Shown here one piece after another: positions 53,191-64,000 of a stretch of DNA of 64,000 nt. Every line of letters begins with the position of its first letter. Positions within the stretch are counted from its first letter, which is position 1. Location of the stretch: assembly GCF_036321535.1 (NCBI RefSeq), contig NC_087447.1, positions 51,090,001-51,154,000 of the forward strand, given 5' to 3'. The notes under the pieces are model-generated. The model saw only the letters and a program-made list of their open reading frames with translations, had not been told where the DNA came from and did no database searches. The position numbers and the translations under genes were made by a program. Source of the DNA: Camelus dromedarius. Its lineage: Eukaryota.

Positions 53191-53961
53191 AGATGCCCCT
53201 TAGGACGCAAGACTGAATTTAAGGCTGACTCCCAACCTTAGCTCAGAGCACCGTCTTTAAATGTCTTTTAAGGTATGTCTTGTTTGTTTTGTTTTGGTTT
53301 TTCTAAAATAAGCACAAAAGAAACAAAAAGAAAAAATTCTTAATAAAATTAAACATAAACTTAGTTCTTGTTAATCATTTAGTTCAGGCATTAACTATTT
53401 TGTAGCCCAGTTATTGATAGTCTCTTTTTTCTTTTTACTTTTTTTTTTTTTGCCTTTTTTTTTCTGTGCAGTGTCTTCCAATTAACTCCTTCCCATCTCA
53501 CTGTCAATGAGGAAGATTGTTTCTTCACAAAGGAAAAGGTCTAAAAAACAGTATGGCTGCCTGACAAGGGCTGTGATCCAGTAGAGGCATGGCATGGCAG
53601 AACCATGGCTTCAAGCCCAGCTCACCACTTTATTGTACATTAGGTAGGAGCGCACAGGCTCTTTCCTGATAAGACAGGGAGCAAAAAGTCATGTCTTGAT
53701 ATGCCAGACAAGAAATATAGTAGAATTTATTTCCTTAAGCATTCAGCTGTAGCTGGTTTCCATGGAACTCAAAGGCCAACTCCTTTTCTGGGAGGCCAGT
53801 CTGCAGAGAATCTTGAGCAAGTCAACCCTTATTTCTCAACCACTGTAATTCTCCAACTCCAATCTCAGTGTGGCCTCTATGCATTATACCCCATTCCATC
53901 AGTAATATATACCACTTCAATCTATAGGGAACCCTGGAGAATGGTTAGTACAGTGACCACA

Positions 53962-54113
53962 GCAGGAGTTCTCAAAGTTGAACTGTTGGAATCACCTGGA
54001 GGGCTCATCTGCAGACTGCAGATCCATGGAGGTCCTTGAGAGCTTGCATTCCTAAAGAGTCCTCAGGTGATGCTAATGTTGCTGGTGCAGGAACCACACT
54101 TGGAAAATCACTG
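53962..54113. mobile_element. MER5A-like hAT MITE
   Basis: gttctcaaagtt...gaatcacctggagggct...caggtgatgctaatgttgctggt...ccacacttggaaaatcactg. Confidence 0.65.
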
Positions 54114-54419
54114 GAATATAGAAAGCCATGAATAGCCCTTCCCTAAACCAGGGGCTAAGGGAGCTTAGACTTAGACAATAAATGAGGTACCAGAGTTCTA
54201 ATTTGGGTACATTAGATAACCACACTGCTTTTCCCTATTTCCAGAATACTGATTATTTTACTTGCCACTAATCATGATTGTTAAAAATAGGATGTGTTGA
54301 TTAGGGCACAGGACAGCACTCTGGCTATCAGATTATGAAGGTCAATTCTGTGATCTAAATCCACCCTGGTTAAAATAACAACAGTAATAAATAAAAATAA
54401 AACCATCCTGGCTAAGGAA

Positions 54420-55688
54420 TCCAGGCTAATCCACTCAGTGGCTAGAGTGGGCTCATTAGCTATTTAGCCTGGCATAACTGGCAGATTTCCTATTGTCTTC
54501 AGTCTCAATTACCCTTCACCCAGGAGTAAGACTTTGTAGTGTCTCCTAGTCCTCCCTCCCCACTGCCAACTGGGAAGTTTCCTCATTTACATGTAGGTCA
54601 AGTGGTGGCTATGGGGGCCTAAGAATCACAGAAAGCACAAAACATCTGGGTAATCACCTCAGGTTATAGGTCATGGTCAGAGGAGGCAAACATGTGAAGG
54701 CCATTTGACCACACAGGAAAATAGCCAAGAGGAACATATTATTGCAGTCCAGAGTCATCTGTGTGGGGGTACATGCATTGTGTGGAGTTAAGGCCAATAT
54801 TCACAGATACAGGGCTTGAATAAAGACTAACCAAGGCCTATAGGATTTGCTCCCACATCTTTTCCTAATGACCAAAATCCTATGTCATTGCAGGAGATAG
54901 AGAAAGAACTAGACATGGAACCTAAGAATCCATTGTTACCAATCAATTTCATAGGCAGGTAGTGGGTAGTATAATTCAGTGGAGTAGAATAGGAAACTGG
55001 GAATAGAAAAGTGTTAGGAAACACTGGAGTGCTTCAAGCTCTCCCTTGCTGCATCCAGTAATTGATGACTATTCAGCGTTGTGACAGATCAGCAAAGGAG
55101 CCAGTGTCAATAAGAGATGCCTGGAAGAATGGGGTGGCCTAGGTGACAATCCTCCTGGAGGGATCCAAGTATAAGATAGCATATACCTCCTCCAAATGCC
55201 TCCATGGTTTTAAGTATTCCCTTATTTCTGATGAGAGGCTTCTTCTGAAAATATCTCTAACTGGCCCAGCACAAATACTTTAACAGGAACCCAGAAGTAG
55301 CCCAAATACCACCAATCTCCTTCCTCCATGGTCCCATAGTAACTGGACCACATTTACTTACACCCGAGGGAGGACACCTAGCACAGTGTTCATGTAGCAA
55401 GGTATACAGTACCATCAAATGCAGCATAAAGGTATTAGTGTGACCTCAGTTTGGGCCACCACTAGCCAGCCTCACAGCACTAGCACTGCCCTTAGGTTTG
55501 CTCTACCCACTCTTGGTTTAGGGTATCATGCAGACTTCCCAACTGCCAAAGACAATCAGGTTAGGAAAAAGTGCAGAGGTATAGAAAGGAATATCTAGGT
55601 GCAGGTCCCTGCACTACAATTGTACTACTCCAGTTATTTCCCCAGCCCCTAACTCCTGGGTCCCTAACAGATGGCTAGGAGCCAGGTT
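54420..55688 (-). mobile_element. Degenerate ERV(L) internal sequence (gag-pro-pol)
   Basis: Minus-strand ASLIDTGSFA at 55091-55120 is a retroviral aspartic protease DTG motif; extent approximate. Confidence 0.55.
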
Positions 55689-56608
55689 TTGGGGGCAGAA
55701 TTCTAGGATGGCTCCTGCTATGGTCTGAATGTGTCCCCTTCCCCCAAATTCATATGTTGAAATCCTCATGCCCAGTGAGATGGTATTAGGAGATGGGGCC
55801 TTTGGAGATACTTACGTTATGAAGGTGGAACCCTGATGAATATGATTAGTGCTCTGACAAAAAGAAATCCCTTAGAGCTCCCTAAGCTCCTTCCACTATA
55901 TGAGGACACAGAGTGAAGTCAACAGGCTGCAACCTGAAAGAGGGCCTTCTCCAGAACCATGAGAAATAAATTTCTGTTGTTTATAAGCTACTCAGTCTGT
56001 GGTATTTTGTTATAGCAGCCCAAACATACTAAGACAGCCCTCCAAGATTCCCAGCCTTTGTTATACACATACCTTTTCCCAGTTGTTCAATCACACAGCA
56101 ATCTAGGTACTATGGTGAAGGGATTTTGCAGACGTAATTAAGTTCCCAAATCAGCTGACCTTGTGTTAGGGTGATTATCACGTGAGCCCTTTAAAAAGCT
56201 TTCTCTGGCTGGTTGCCAAAGTAGAAGTCAAAGAGCTATGTTCTGGCTGATCTAGAAGAAAGCAAACATTCATTTTGTGAATTGACTATGGGGTCCATGT
56301 GGCAAGAAACTGCAGGCAGCCTCTAGGAGCTAGGTCCTCTGCTGATAGCTAGCAAGAAAAAGAGGGCCTCTGTCCTACAACTACAAGGAAATGAATCCTG
56401 CCAATAGCGAGCCTGGAAGATGACTCCAAGCCCCATGTGAACCACAGCCCCAGCCAATGTCTTGATTTTCGGCCTGATGAGACCCTGAGCAGAAAATCCA
56501 GCCATGTCATGCTGTGACCTCTGACCTACAGAAACCGTGAGGTAATTTGTGTTGTTTGAAGCCACGATGTTTGTGGTAATTTGTTCTGCAGCAATAGAAA
56601 ACTAACAC
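55689..56608 (+). mobile_element. MLT1E/F-like MaLR LTR with a nested MST/MLT1A-like LTR (55716-56036)
   Basis: Inner termini tgctatggtctgaatgt...ctaagaca with degenerate 5-bp TSD gctcc/gccct; outer end gcagcaatagaaaactaaca. Confidence 0.78.
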
Positions 56609-56764
56609 ATGGGGGATAGATGTGTTCAGGACTCACAGAATTAGACCAGCAGCGATTGTTTATGGGTAGAGTTTCAGAGTTCTCTTACTTCCACACTCTG
56701 CAGTCAGTAAAAGGCATGGAAATATGCTGCCAAGCTGCCTGGGCATGAAGAATGTTCCATTATT

Positions 56765-57165
56765 TAAGTGGATGTCTAGATATCCCAATATTCTGTATTC
56801 TGTTTAGATCTGTGAGGGTGTTTCCAAAAGAGATGAGCATTTGAATTAGTGGACTGGGTAAAGCACATGTCCCTCCCCAATGTGGGGAGGCATCATCCAA
56901 CTAGTTGAGGGCCTGAATAGAACAAAAAGGTGGAAGAAGGCTGCTCTCTGTTTGACTGTTCAGCTGAGACATTGATCTTCTACCCTCAATGTTCCTGGTT
57001 CTTCAGGCATCAGACTTCGACTAGAATCTACACCATGGCTCTCTGGCTGTCTGGTCTTCAAACTACACCACTGGCTTCCACGGGTCTCCAATTTGCATGT
57101 GCAGATCATGGGATTCCTCAGCCTCCATAAATGCCTAAGCCAATACCTTATAAAATACAAACATT
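56765..57165 (+). mobile_element. MLT2-like (ERVL) LTR fragment
   Basis: tgtgagggtgtttcc...gcatttgaattagtggactg...gagggcctgaatagaacaaaaaggtgg. Confidence 0.72.
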
Positions 57166-57309
57166 TGGGGCCCATTTCTCTTAATTTATAATTAAAATAA
57201 AAGTGTTAAGAAATATATAGTGGTAAAGGGGCATCTCATTTGCAACTTAATCTCAAATGGTTCTGGAAAAAAAAGAGGAAGGGAATAAGGAAAAGAAGAA
57301 AGGCATACT

Positions 57310-58556
57310 TCAAGTAAAGTATTTTCAACTCCTTTTATTGAAGGAAATAAAACTTGTGCTGCAGAGGCAATGGTACCTCAGAGCATGACAAGGTAGACAC
57401 TGGGCTGACATGACAAGCCTCAATGTTGGCCAGGGGTCCTACCACAGTGGGAGGACCAAAACCACAAAGATAGCAGGAGGTAGCAAACATCCCCAACACC
57501 TAGTGCAAGCATTTCCATTTGCAGAGAGCTTGGCCATGCATCATAAAAACAGGGTCCCCTCAAAGCTGGCAGAGTGTCATCTCAGGCTGACAAATCCATC
57601 TAAAACTAACACATAGTCTCAGATTTGGAGATCTTTCCCTTTGACCCAAAGATTCAGGCCATCAGAAGATCTGAATTAGTCTTTCAGCTCCTTATACCAG
57701 ATGGAAAAAGAGACTGATTTCTTGAAACATCACGTAGGTATAGCTGGACAGGTGCTGATGTCCAGCCTTATTTTAAAATCAGCTGACTTTTCTTCCCTGA
57801 CTTCTCATGCTGCTCTCACCTAGCATGTGCCCTAGGAAACTTTTTAATGTTCTAAATAAGGACAGGATGGGGGCAGCAGCGTAGGGGATTTAGGGACTCA
57901 AAAGCTGCTACATAGCCAAGACCATTTCACAAGAAATAGCGTAGGGAACACTATTGGGTCAAGATCCTCCCAAAGAGCTGCAAGAAGCACACACAAAGAA
58001 AATTGTGGTAGGTCTCTCTCCCGTATCAGGATCAGTTGTACCACAGTCATGGTCCAAGAAGAAGAGCCATTTCATGTCCTTGGCAGATTATCAATCTCCA
58101 TGGCTTTTCTCAAGATGTTTCAATTTTCAGTGCAATAAGGTGTTTGGGAAGTTTTGTAACCAAAAAGCAAGCACTAAAGAAATCTCAATCGACTGCAAAT
58201 TGATAATATTATAAAGCCCAAAATTTACATAGTTAAGAATTGACTGGGGAGAGGGATTCTGCTATATAGAAATAGGAGTTCAAGGGTTTATTCATATAAA
58301 CCCTTAATTATAAATCATCCTTATATCCACAAATTGGGAGCAGATTCCTTAGTTTTAAATGGCCATCATCTGATTATTCAGTTGCAGTTCTCTTCAATGC
58401 TGGACACATGGTTTTCAAAGACCAAAGCCTTGAGAGCACTAGACCAGAAAATGGGAGGAGCAAGACAAGGAAGAGAGGGCATCAGGGGTTGGAATTTCCG
58501 AAATGAGCATTTATTTCACAGAAGGCTTGGCACAATGAGGCTGGGGTGATGTAGTT
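57310..58556 (-). other. PAK1: PAK1 3'UTR (~1.25 kb)
   Basis: Repeat-free sequence after the stop, ending shortly after minus-strand AATAAA at 57334-57339 and followed by a U-rich tract; cleavage site approximate. Confidence 0.8.
57334..57339 (-). terminator. PAK1: PAK1 distal polyadenylation signal AATAAA
   Basis: tttatt on + strand; downstream minus-strand sequence is U/C-rich (cttttctttttccttattccc). Confidence 0.75.
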
Positions 58557-58643
58557 TTAGTGATTGTTCTTGGTTGCCTCCTTTGCTGCAGCAATCAGTG
58601 GAGTGAGACTGGAGAGGGGCTTGGCAATCTTCAGGAACTGATG
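58557..58643 (-). CDS. PAK1: PAK1 terminal coding exon: [28 protein letters not shown]
   Basis: Polypyrimidine acceptor ...ctcctttttag|CAT; ends with TAA at 58559-58557; ATKNNH is the PAK1-specific C-terminus. Confidence 0.97.
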   Translation of the reverse strand, partial: HQFLKIAKPLSSLTPLIAAAKEATKNNH

Positions 58644-58789
58644 CTAAAAAGGAGAAAAAGAACAAAAGACACATGACTATTTACCATTCTTCCTCATTAC
58701 AAGATGTTAAGGGCATCCATGTTTGCACAAGGTGCTGCCTGGAAAGCCTCAGGTCATCCTCAAATTGAAGAACATCTTTAAAAGATAAC

Positions 58790-59210
58790 ATACCATTTTA
58801 GAGAACTGTTCGGCAATATCTACCTCCAGCTAAATACACATCTATCCTATACCCCAGCAATTCCAATTCTAGGTATATTTCCAAGAGAAGTGAGCTTGTG
58901 AATCCCCACCAAAAGATACATACAAAAATACTCATAGCAGCTTTGCTTATGATAGTCATAAATGAAGAGAACCCAATGCCCAAGAGAAGGGAAGAATGAA
59001 TAATATTAAATTCATACAAACTATACAAAATTACACAACAATAAAAACGAATAAATAATTGATACACTGACAACAGGATGAATCCCACAGACATCACGTT
59101 AAGCAGCCAGACACAAGTGAGTTCATATTGTATAATTACATTTTATATTAGTAAGACTTAACTCTGGTGATAATCAGAATAATAATTAGCTCTGAGGGAA
59201 GGTTATTAAT
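58790..59210 (+). mobile_element. L1ME-type 3' fragment in the last PAK1 intron
   Basis: cccagcaattccaattctaggtatatttccaagagaa...ggatgaatcccacagacat. Confidence 0.65.
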
Positions 59211-60144
59211 TGATCATGATCCAATGGTACACTGCAATACTGCATTTCAGGAGCATTGATCTAGGAATCTGTTGTTCTATCCTTGAACCTAGTAAGGCTA
59301 ATTAATTCAGTAAGAACTTCAATAGCTTGCTCCTTTTCCAAATCACTTTCATTTGGGCCACATCCACAACTTATTAAAGACCATTCTGGAGAAAACACCA
59401 TATGAAAACTACTTCTATATTTTCAGTAAAAATGTTATGGAATGTTATATAACTCAAGAGCCTCTTAACTAAAAATGACTTTTCTTACATTTACCAATGA
59501 AAAAGTCTTATGTCTTGAGGATGTGGTATATTTCTTCCATTTGATAAGAAACATAGGAACTAACACATTTCCTTTTCTGTCCTGGCTACCAGGAAACTAA
59601 GAGCCAAATCTGATGTTTAAACACAACTATTTTACTCAAATTATTAGTATATTTGATTTTTCTACCATCTTAGTAAGTCCCTTTTATTAATCATACTGTA
59701 TACATGTACAGACACACATATTTACACATATTCTATGCTAGAAGTACTTCAACTTCGTTTTGGACAGAGATAGGATATAAAGAGGTACTAAAAACAAGAA
59801 GTTACTATTACTACAAAAGGAATAAAAGATCTCGGCTAAATCATGAAGATACAAATTCCCACATAACATCCTATGTATTTCTATCCACATGTGTGTTCTC
59901 ACAGGAGAAACAGATGTGAAGCTTTCATGATTTAAGATTCTGAAAGTCATGGTTTTGAAAATTTACAATGTACAGTAACAAGTTAAAGGATCAGTGTTCT
60001 CATATCACAGTTTATACAACTCCCCTCCAAGTTAAGAAAGCAGCATGATCCAACACCCAGCTGGGAGGCTTCAGTTTCCTTCTCTGGGTAATGAACAACA
60101 TAGACTAGATAAGCCCTAAGGCTCTTCCAGTTTTAACACTCTGA

Positions 60145-60430
60145 GCCAAGGAGTGGCCAAGAACATACACACTTGAGAGCCAAAGAGACACAGGCTGAAA
60201 TCTTGGATCCACTGCTTATTAGCTACATAATCATGGAAAAGTTACTAAACACTTGAAACTGCAGTTTCCTTGCCTGTAAAAATGGGAATAACAGAACCTA
60301 TAAATCACAGGGTTATTATAAAGAATAGGTTAAAAAAACCAAATATATATATATATTTATATTATATATATATATTGCTTAGTGTCAAAAATTGGGTAAA
60401 GATTCAACATAATGCATTTATTATTAGTTA
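60145..60430 (+). repeat. MIR element (antisense to PAK1) containing a cryptic exon
   Basis: MIR core gcagtttccttgcctgtaaaaatgggaataacagaaccta. Confidence 0.8.
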
Positions 60431-60821
60431 CATTATTATATGAGGAAGAAAACTCTAGAGGGCATTAGTCTTTCAATACCTATGTTAATACCTAATTAAC
60501 AATATCATCTTCACCAGTCATAGGTTTTGCAAATTATTTGCACATTTCCCAATGCTTAGGGTTTCCAGAGCAAACCCCATATGAAAGGAAAGGGATCCTA
60601 ATTGTACTGCTTGTTATAAAGGGCCTTAATTCCCAAAGTATGCTAGAAACTAATGGATTACACTTGGCAGAACCAAGATCTCATATATAATAGACCAGGG
60701 CCCTGCAATCAGTAACCCTGATTACAAAGAGATGCTAAATATGTTCCAAAGGGTAACATTTCAATGAAGGTAAATAATTTAAGCAATTCCATTCAGTTCA
60801 ACAAATATTTTCTGAAAATCG

Positions 60822-61745
60822 AGTTTTTATTGTGGTTGAGGTACAATATTATAGAAGTTACAGGTGTACAATATAGCGATTCACAATTTTAAAGGTTATA
60901 TTCTATTTATAGTTATTATAAAACATTTGCTATTTTCCCTGTGTTGTACAATATATCCTTGTGGCTTATTTTATGCATAATAGTTTGTACCTCTTAATCC
61001 TCCATACTCTGTTGTCCCTTCTCCCTTCCCTCTCCCCATTCGTAGCCACAAATTTGTTCTCTGTATCTGTGAGTCTATTTCTTTTCCGTTATATATCCTC
61101 CAAGTCCACCCATGTTGCAGAAAATGGCAAAATTTCATTCTTTTATGGCTGAGGAGTATTCCATTCTATTCCACACACCACAGCTTCTTTATCCACTCAT
61201 CTGCTGATGACCACTTAGGCTGCTTCCATATCTTGGCAATTGTAAGTAATGCTGCTATGAACACTGGGCTGCATGTATCTTTTCAAATCACTGTTCTTCT
61301 TTCTTTTGGATATATACCCAGGAATGTAATTGCTGAGTCATATGGTAGTTCTATTTTTAATTTTTTGAGAAACCTCCATACTGTTTTCCACAGCAGCTGC
61401 ATCAATTTACATTCCCACCAACAGTGCATTAGGGTTCCCTTTTCTCCACATCCTCGCCAGCATTTGTTATTTGTGTCCTTTTAGATGATAGCCATCCTGA
61501 CCAGTGTGAGGTGATATCTCATTATGGTTTTGATTTGCATTTCCCTGATGGTTAATGATGTTAAGTATCTTTTCATGTGCCTATTGGCTATCTGCATTTC
61601 CTCTTTGGAAAAATATCTATTTGGGTCTTCTGCTCATTTTTTAACTGGGTTGTTTTTTTTTTTATTTTGAATTGTATGAGCTGTTTATATATGTTGGATA
61701 TTAACCCCTTATCAGTTACTTCATTTGCAAATGTTTTCTCCCACT
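60822..61745 (-). mobile_element. 5'-truncated L1 3' end in the last PAK1 intron (sense to the gene)
   Basis: Terminus tttttattgtggttgaggtac; ORF2-end text gatagccatcctgaccagtgtgaggtgatatctcatt. Confidence 0.85.
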
Positions 61746-61874
61746 GAACACCTATTTTCAGTCAAGTCTTAGGTATAAGAGGAGACCCAGAGATAATAAA
61801 ATAGAGTTTATAACCTAGTGGGAAAGACAGAATTGTTCATAACTCTTTAATGTGGGGCAGTAGGGTAGGTCCTC

Positions 61875-61899
61875 CCCTGCCCTGCCCTGCCCTGCCCTG
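61875..61899. repeat. (CCCTG)5 microsatellite
   Basis: Read directly. Confidence 0.9.
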
Positions 61900-62694
61900 T
61901 TCAGTTGTGCCTGTCTTTGTAACACAAAAGTAACTGTGCATGCCTACAGATTAATCACTGTCATAAACTTGCATGTGATACTTATTACATCACCAGTCGG
62001 CAATGTAGTAAAGTGACACTAGTAATAAGAAACTGTACCTGAGACATAAATGTTAAATACAAACAACGTGGACAGCTAACAGCAGCTTTTGCAACCATGT
62101 GAAGTAATTATGTTGTAACTTTAGGATTAAGCAGGTAGAATATAAAAGGCTTGGTAAAACCCCAACTCTGGGTTCCCTAAAAACCTGACAGGATCTCACT
62201 CCAAACAAGCAGACTATCATTCTCACCATTTGAGAGTGTTTCCAATGAAAAAACTGGGAAGACTTGAAAAGCAGCAGTCACTAACTATCCTCTGATAGCC
62301 TTTACTGAAAAATCTATCTTTTGAGCTTATCCCAGTAGAATATAACTTCTATAAGATTTACATGTCAAAGAGCTTCTTCTCACCAAGACTCAGACTCTTT
62401 CAGACTAATTCAGGCAGAACAAAACAAGTGCTAACGGAAGATACAGGCAAAACTCAATAGGAACTCAGAAAGTAGCTTTGTAAGATGGAGCCTAGGAGAA
62501 TGTACAAAGTTTTAATAGGCTGAGGAAGAGCCCGAGGAAATAACATGAAGAAAGGCCTAGGGATGAAGATTAGCGAACTAGGAATACAAATTGAGCATGG
62601 GATGTGGTAGCAGAGAAGACTAATTCTAAAATAGCCAGCACATCACACACAAAAATGAAGCAAAAAAGCCTTGGTTTAGTGATTCTTCAAATTA

Positions 62695-62925
<231 letters not shown>

Positions 62926-64000
62926 TTAGAAATATGGTCAGCTGCTTTCTGCCTCCAGAACACAGAGGCAGCTTTGGTATACTGGAAAGACTATGACCTA
63001 AGGGCCAGGTTTAACATTTAAAGGTCATGTGACCATGTGCAAGCCAGTGAACTTCCAACTTCCTCATCTGTAAAACAGGGATGACAACAGTGCCTATCTC
63101 ACACATTTGTAAAATAAAACAACATAGTATACTGTAAGTACTATGTAAGCTTATGAAGTGTGTTTAGACCCAAGGGTTTATTATTAGTCTTGATTATAGA
63201 TCTAAACAGTTTATTATTCATTTAGCCTGATGAGTTAAATATCTGCCCATTTGCTGAAGGAAATTATTCCCGGTGCCTTCACTTCAGTCATCTAAAGACC
63301 ATCTCTTCAAGCAGGAGAGTACTATATAAAGGAAGTGTTCTGTAAAGAAGCAACCTGTTTCACTGTTGCCACCCTGGTCCCCTAACATGAAGCATGTCCT
63401 GGGAAAGGTAAAGAAAAACATAGTCATACTAAAAAACCTTTTCAAGCACTCAGCACTTTAATTCATAAAGTACTTACACAAACACTATCTCATTTGATGA
63501 CCACAATAACTCTGGGTAATAGGCATGGCAAGAATTATCATCCCAATTTCACCATGAAGTCCAGAAACATAAAGAGATATGCTGGGATCAAGCTATTTAT
63601 ACAAGCTCATATCCTCTGACTCTAATCCCAGTCTTATTTCCATCATGCTCTACTAATCATCATTTTCAAGGCCATTCTAAGGTGGAGGAAAATGAGTGGT
63701 ACATGGATTCACAGGGCAAAACTGGGCGCCAAGGGTAGAAACTACAGAAGGTAGTTTCAGTTTGGTACACTAAAGCACTTTCCAATAATCAAGGCTATCC
63801 AGGAGATATGCAGCTAAGATTAGATGACCATCTGTCAGCGACAACACACAGGGAATTCCTGCACTGAATGGGAGGTTGGAATGAATAACAAAATAAAGGC
63901 AATCAGAATAACTCATATTTGCCCATGACCAAAATTACCTACCTACTTGCATCTGTACTCACATATTCTGCTTTCCTTCTCCTATTACAGTGGGTTAGTT

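Noticed and set aside
53701..54039. 112-aa ATG-initiated plus-strand ORF divergent from the GDPD4 promoter
   Set aside because: No recognisable homology or splice context, and its 3' end runs into a MER5A-like element; likely a chance ORF.

Overview
Mammalian genomic DNA, not prokaryotic. A camelid-like artiodactyl is inferred from the style of the young L1 3' ends, a Tigger1 deletion derivative, and the lack of recognisable Alu/B1/PRE/Bov-tA SINEs. Two genes lie in tandem on the minus strand. (1) The 3' end of PAK1: last two coding exons at 62722-62859 and 58557-58643, with the 3'UTR running to an AATAAA at 57334-57339. (2) About 4 kb downstream, the 5' part of GDPD4 (GDE6): a GC-box/YY1/ETS promoter and non-coding exon 1 near 53059-53190, then ten coding exons from 48901 down to 14907. 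These splice with GT-AG junctions and matching phases into an open 368-codon frame covering the transmembrane region and the start of the GDPD catalytic domain; the remaining exons lie beyond base 1. Introns and the intergenic gap are mostly nested L1, ERV/MaLR LTR, DNA-transposon, MIR and L2 relics. Most notable observations: an 86-bp inverted templated insertion at an L1 deletion junction, an old ND6 NUMT, the apparent counterpart of the MIR-derived human PAK1 alternative exon in a different state (stop codon, no donor), a 43-bp L1 micro-insertion with a perfect TSD, and a symmetric GDPD4 exon flanked by UG/G-run motifs. I found no convincing evidence of a wholly new multi-gene system. Homology calls come from remembered sequences, not database searches, and repeat boundaries are approximate.
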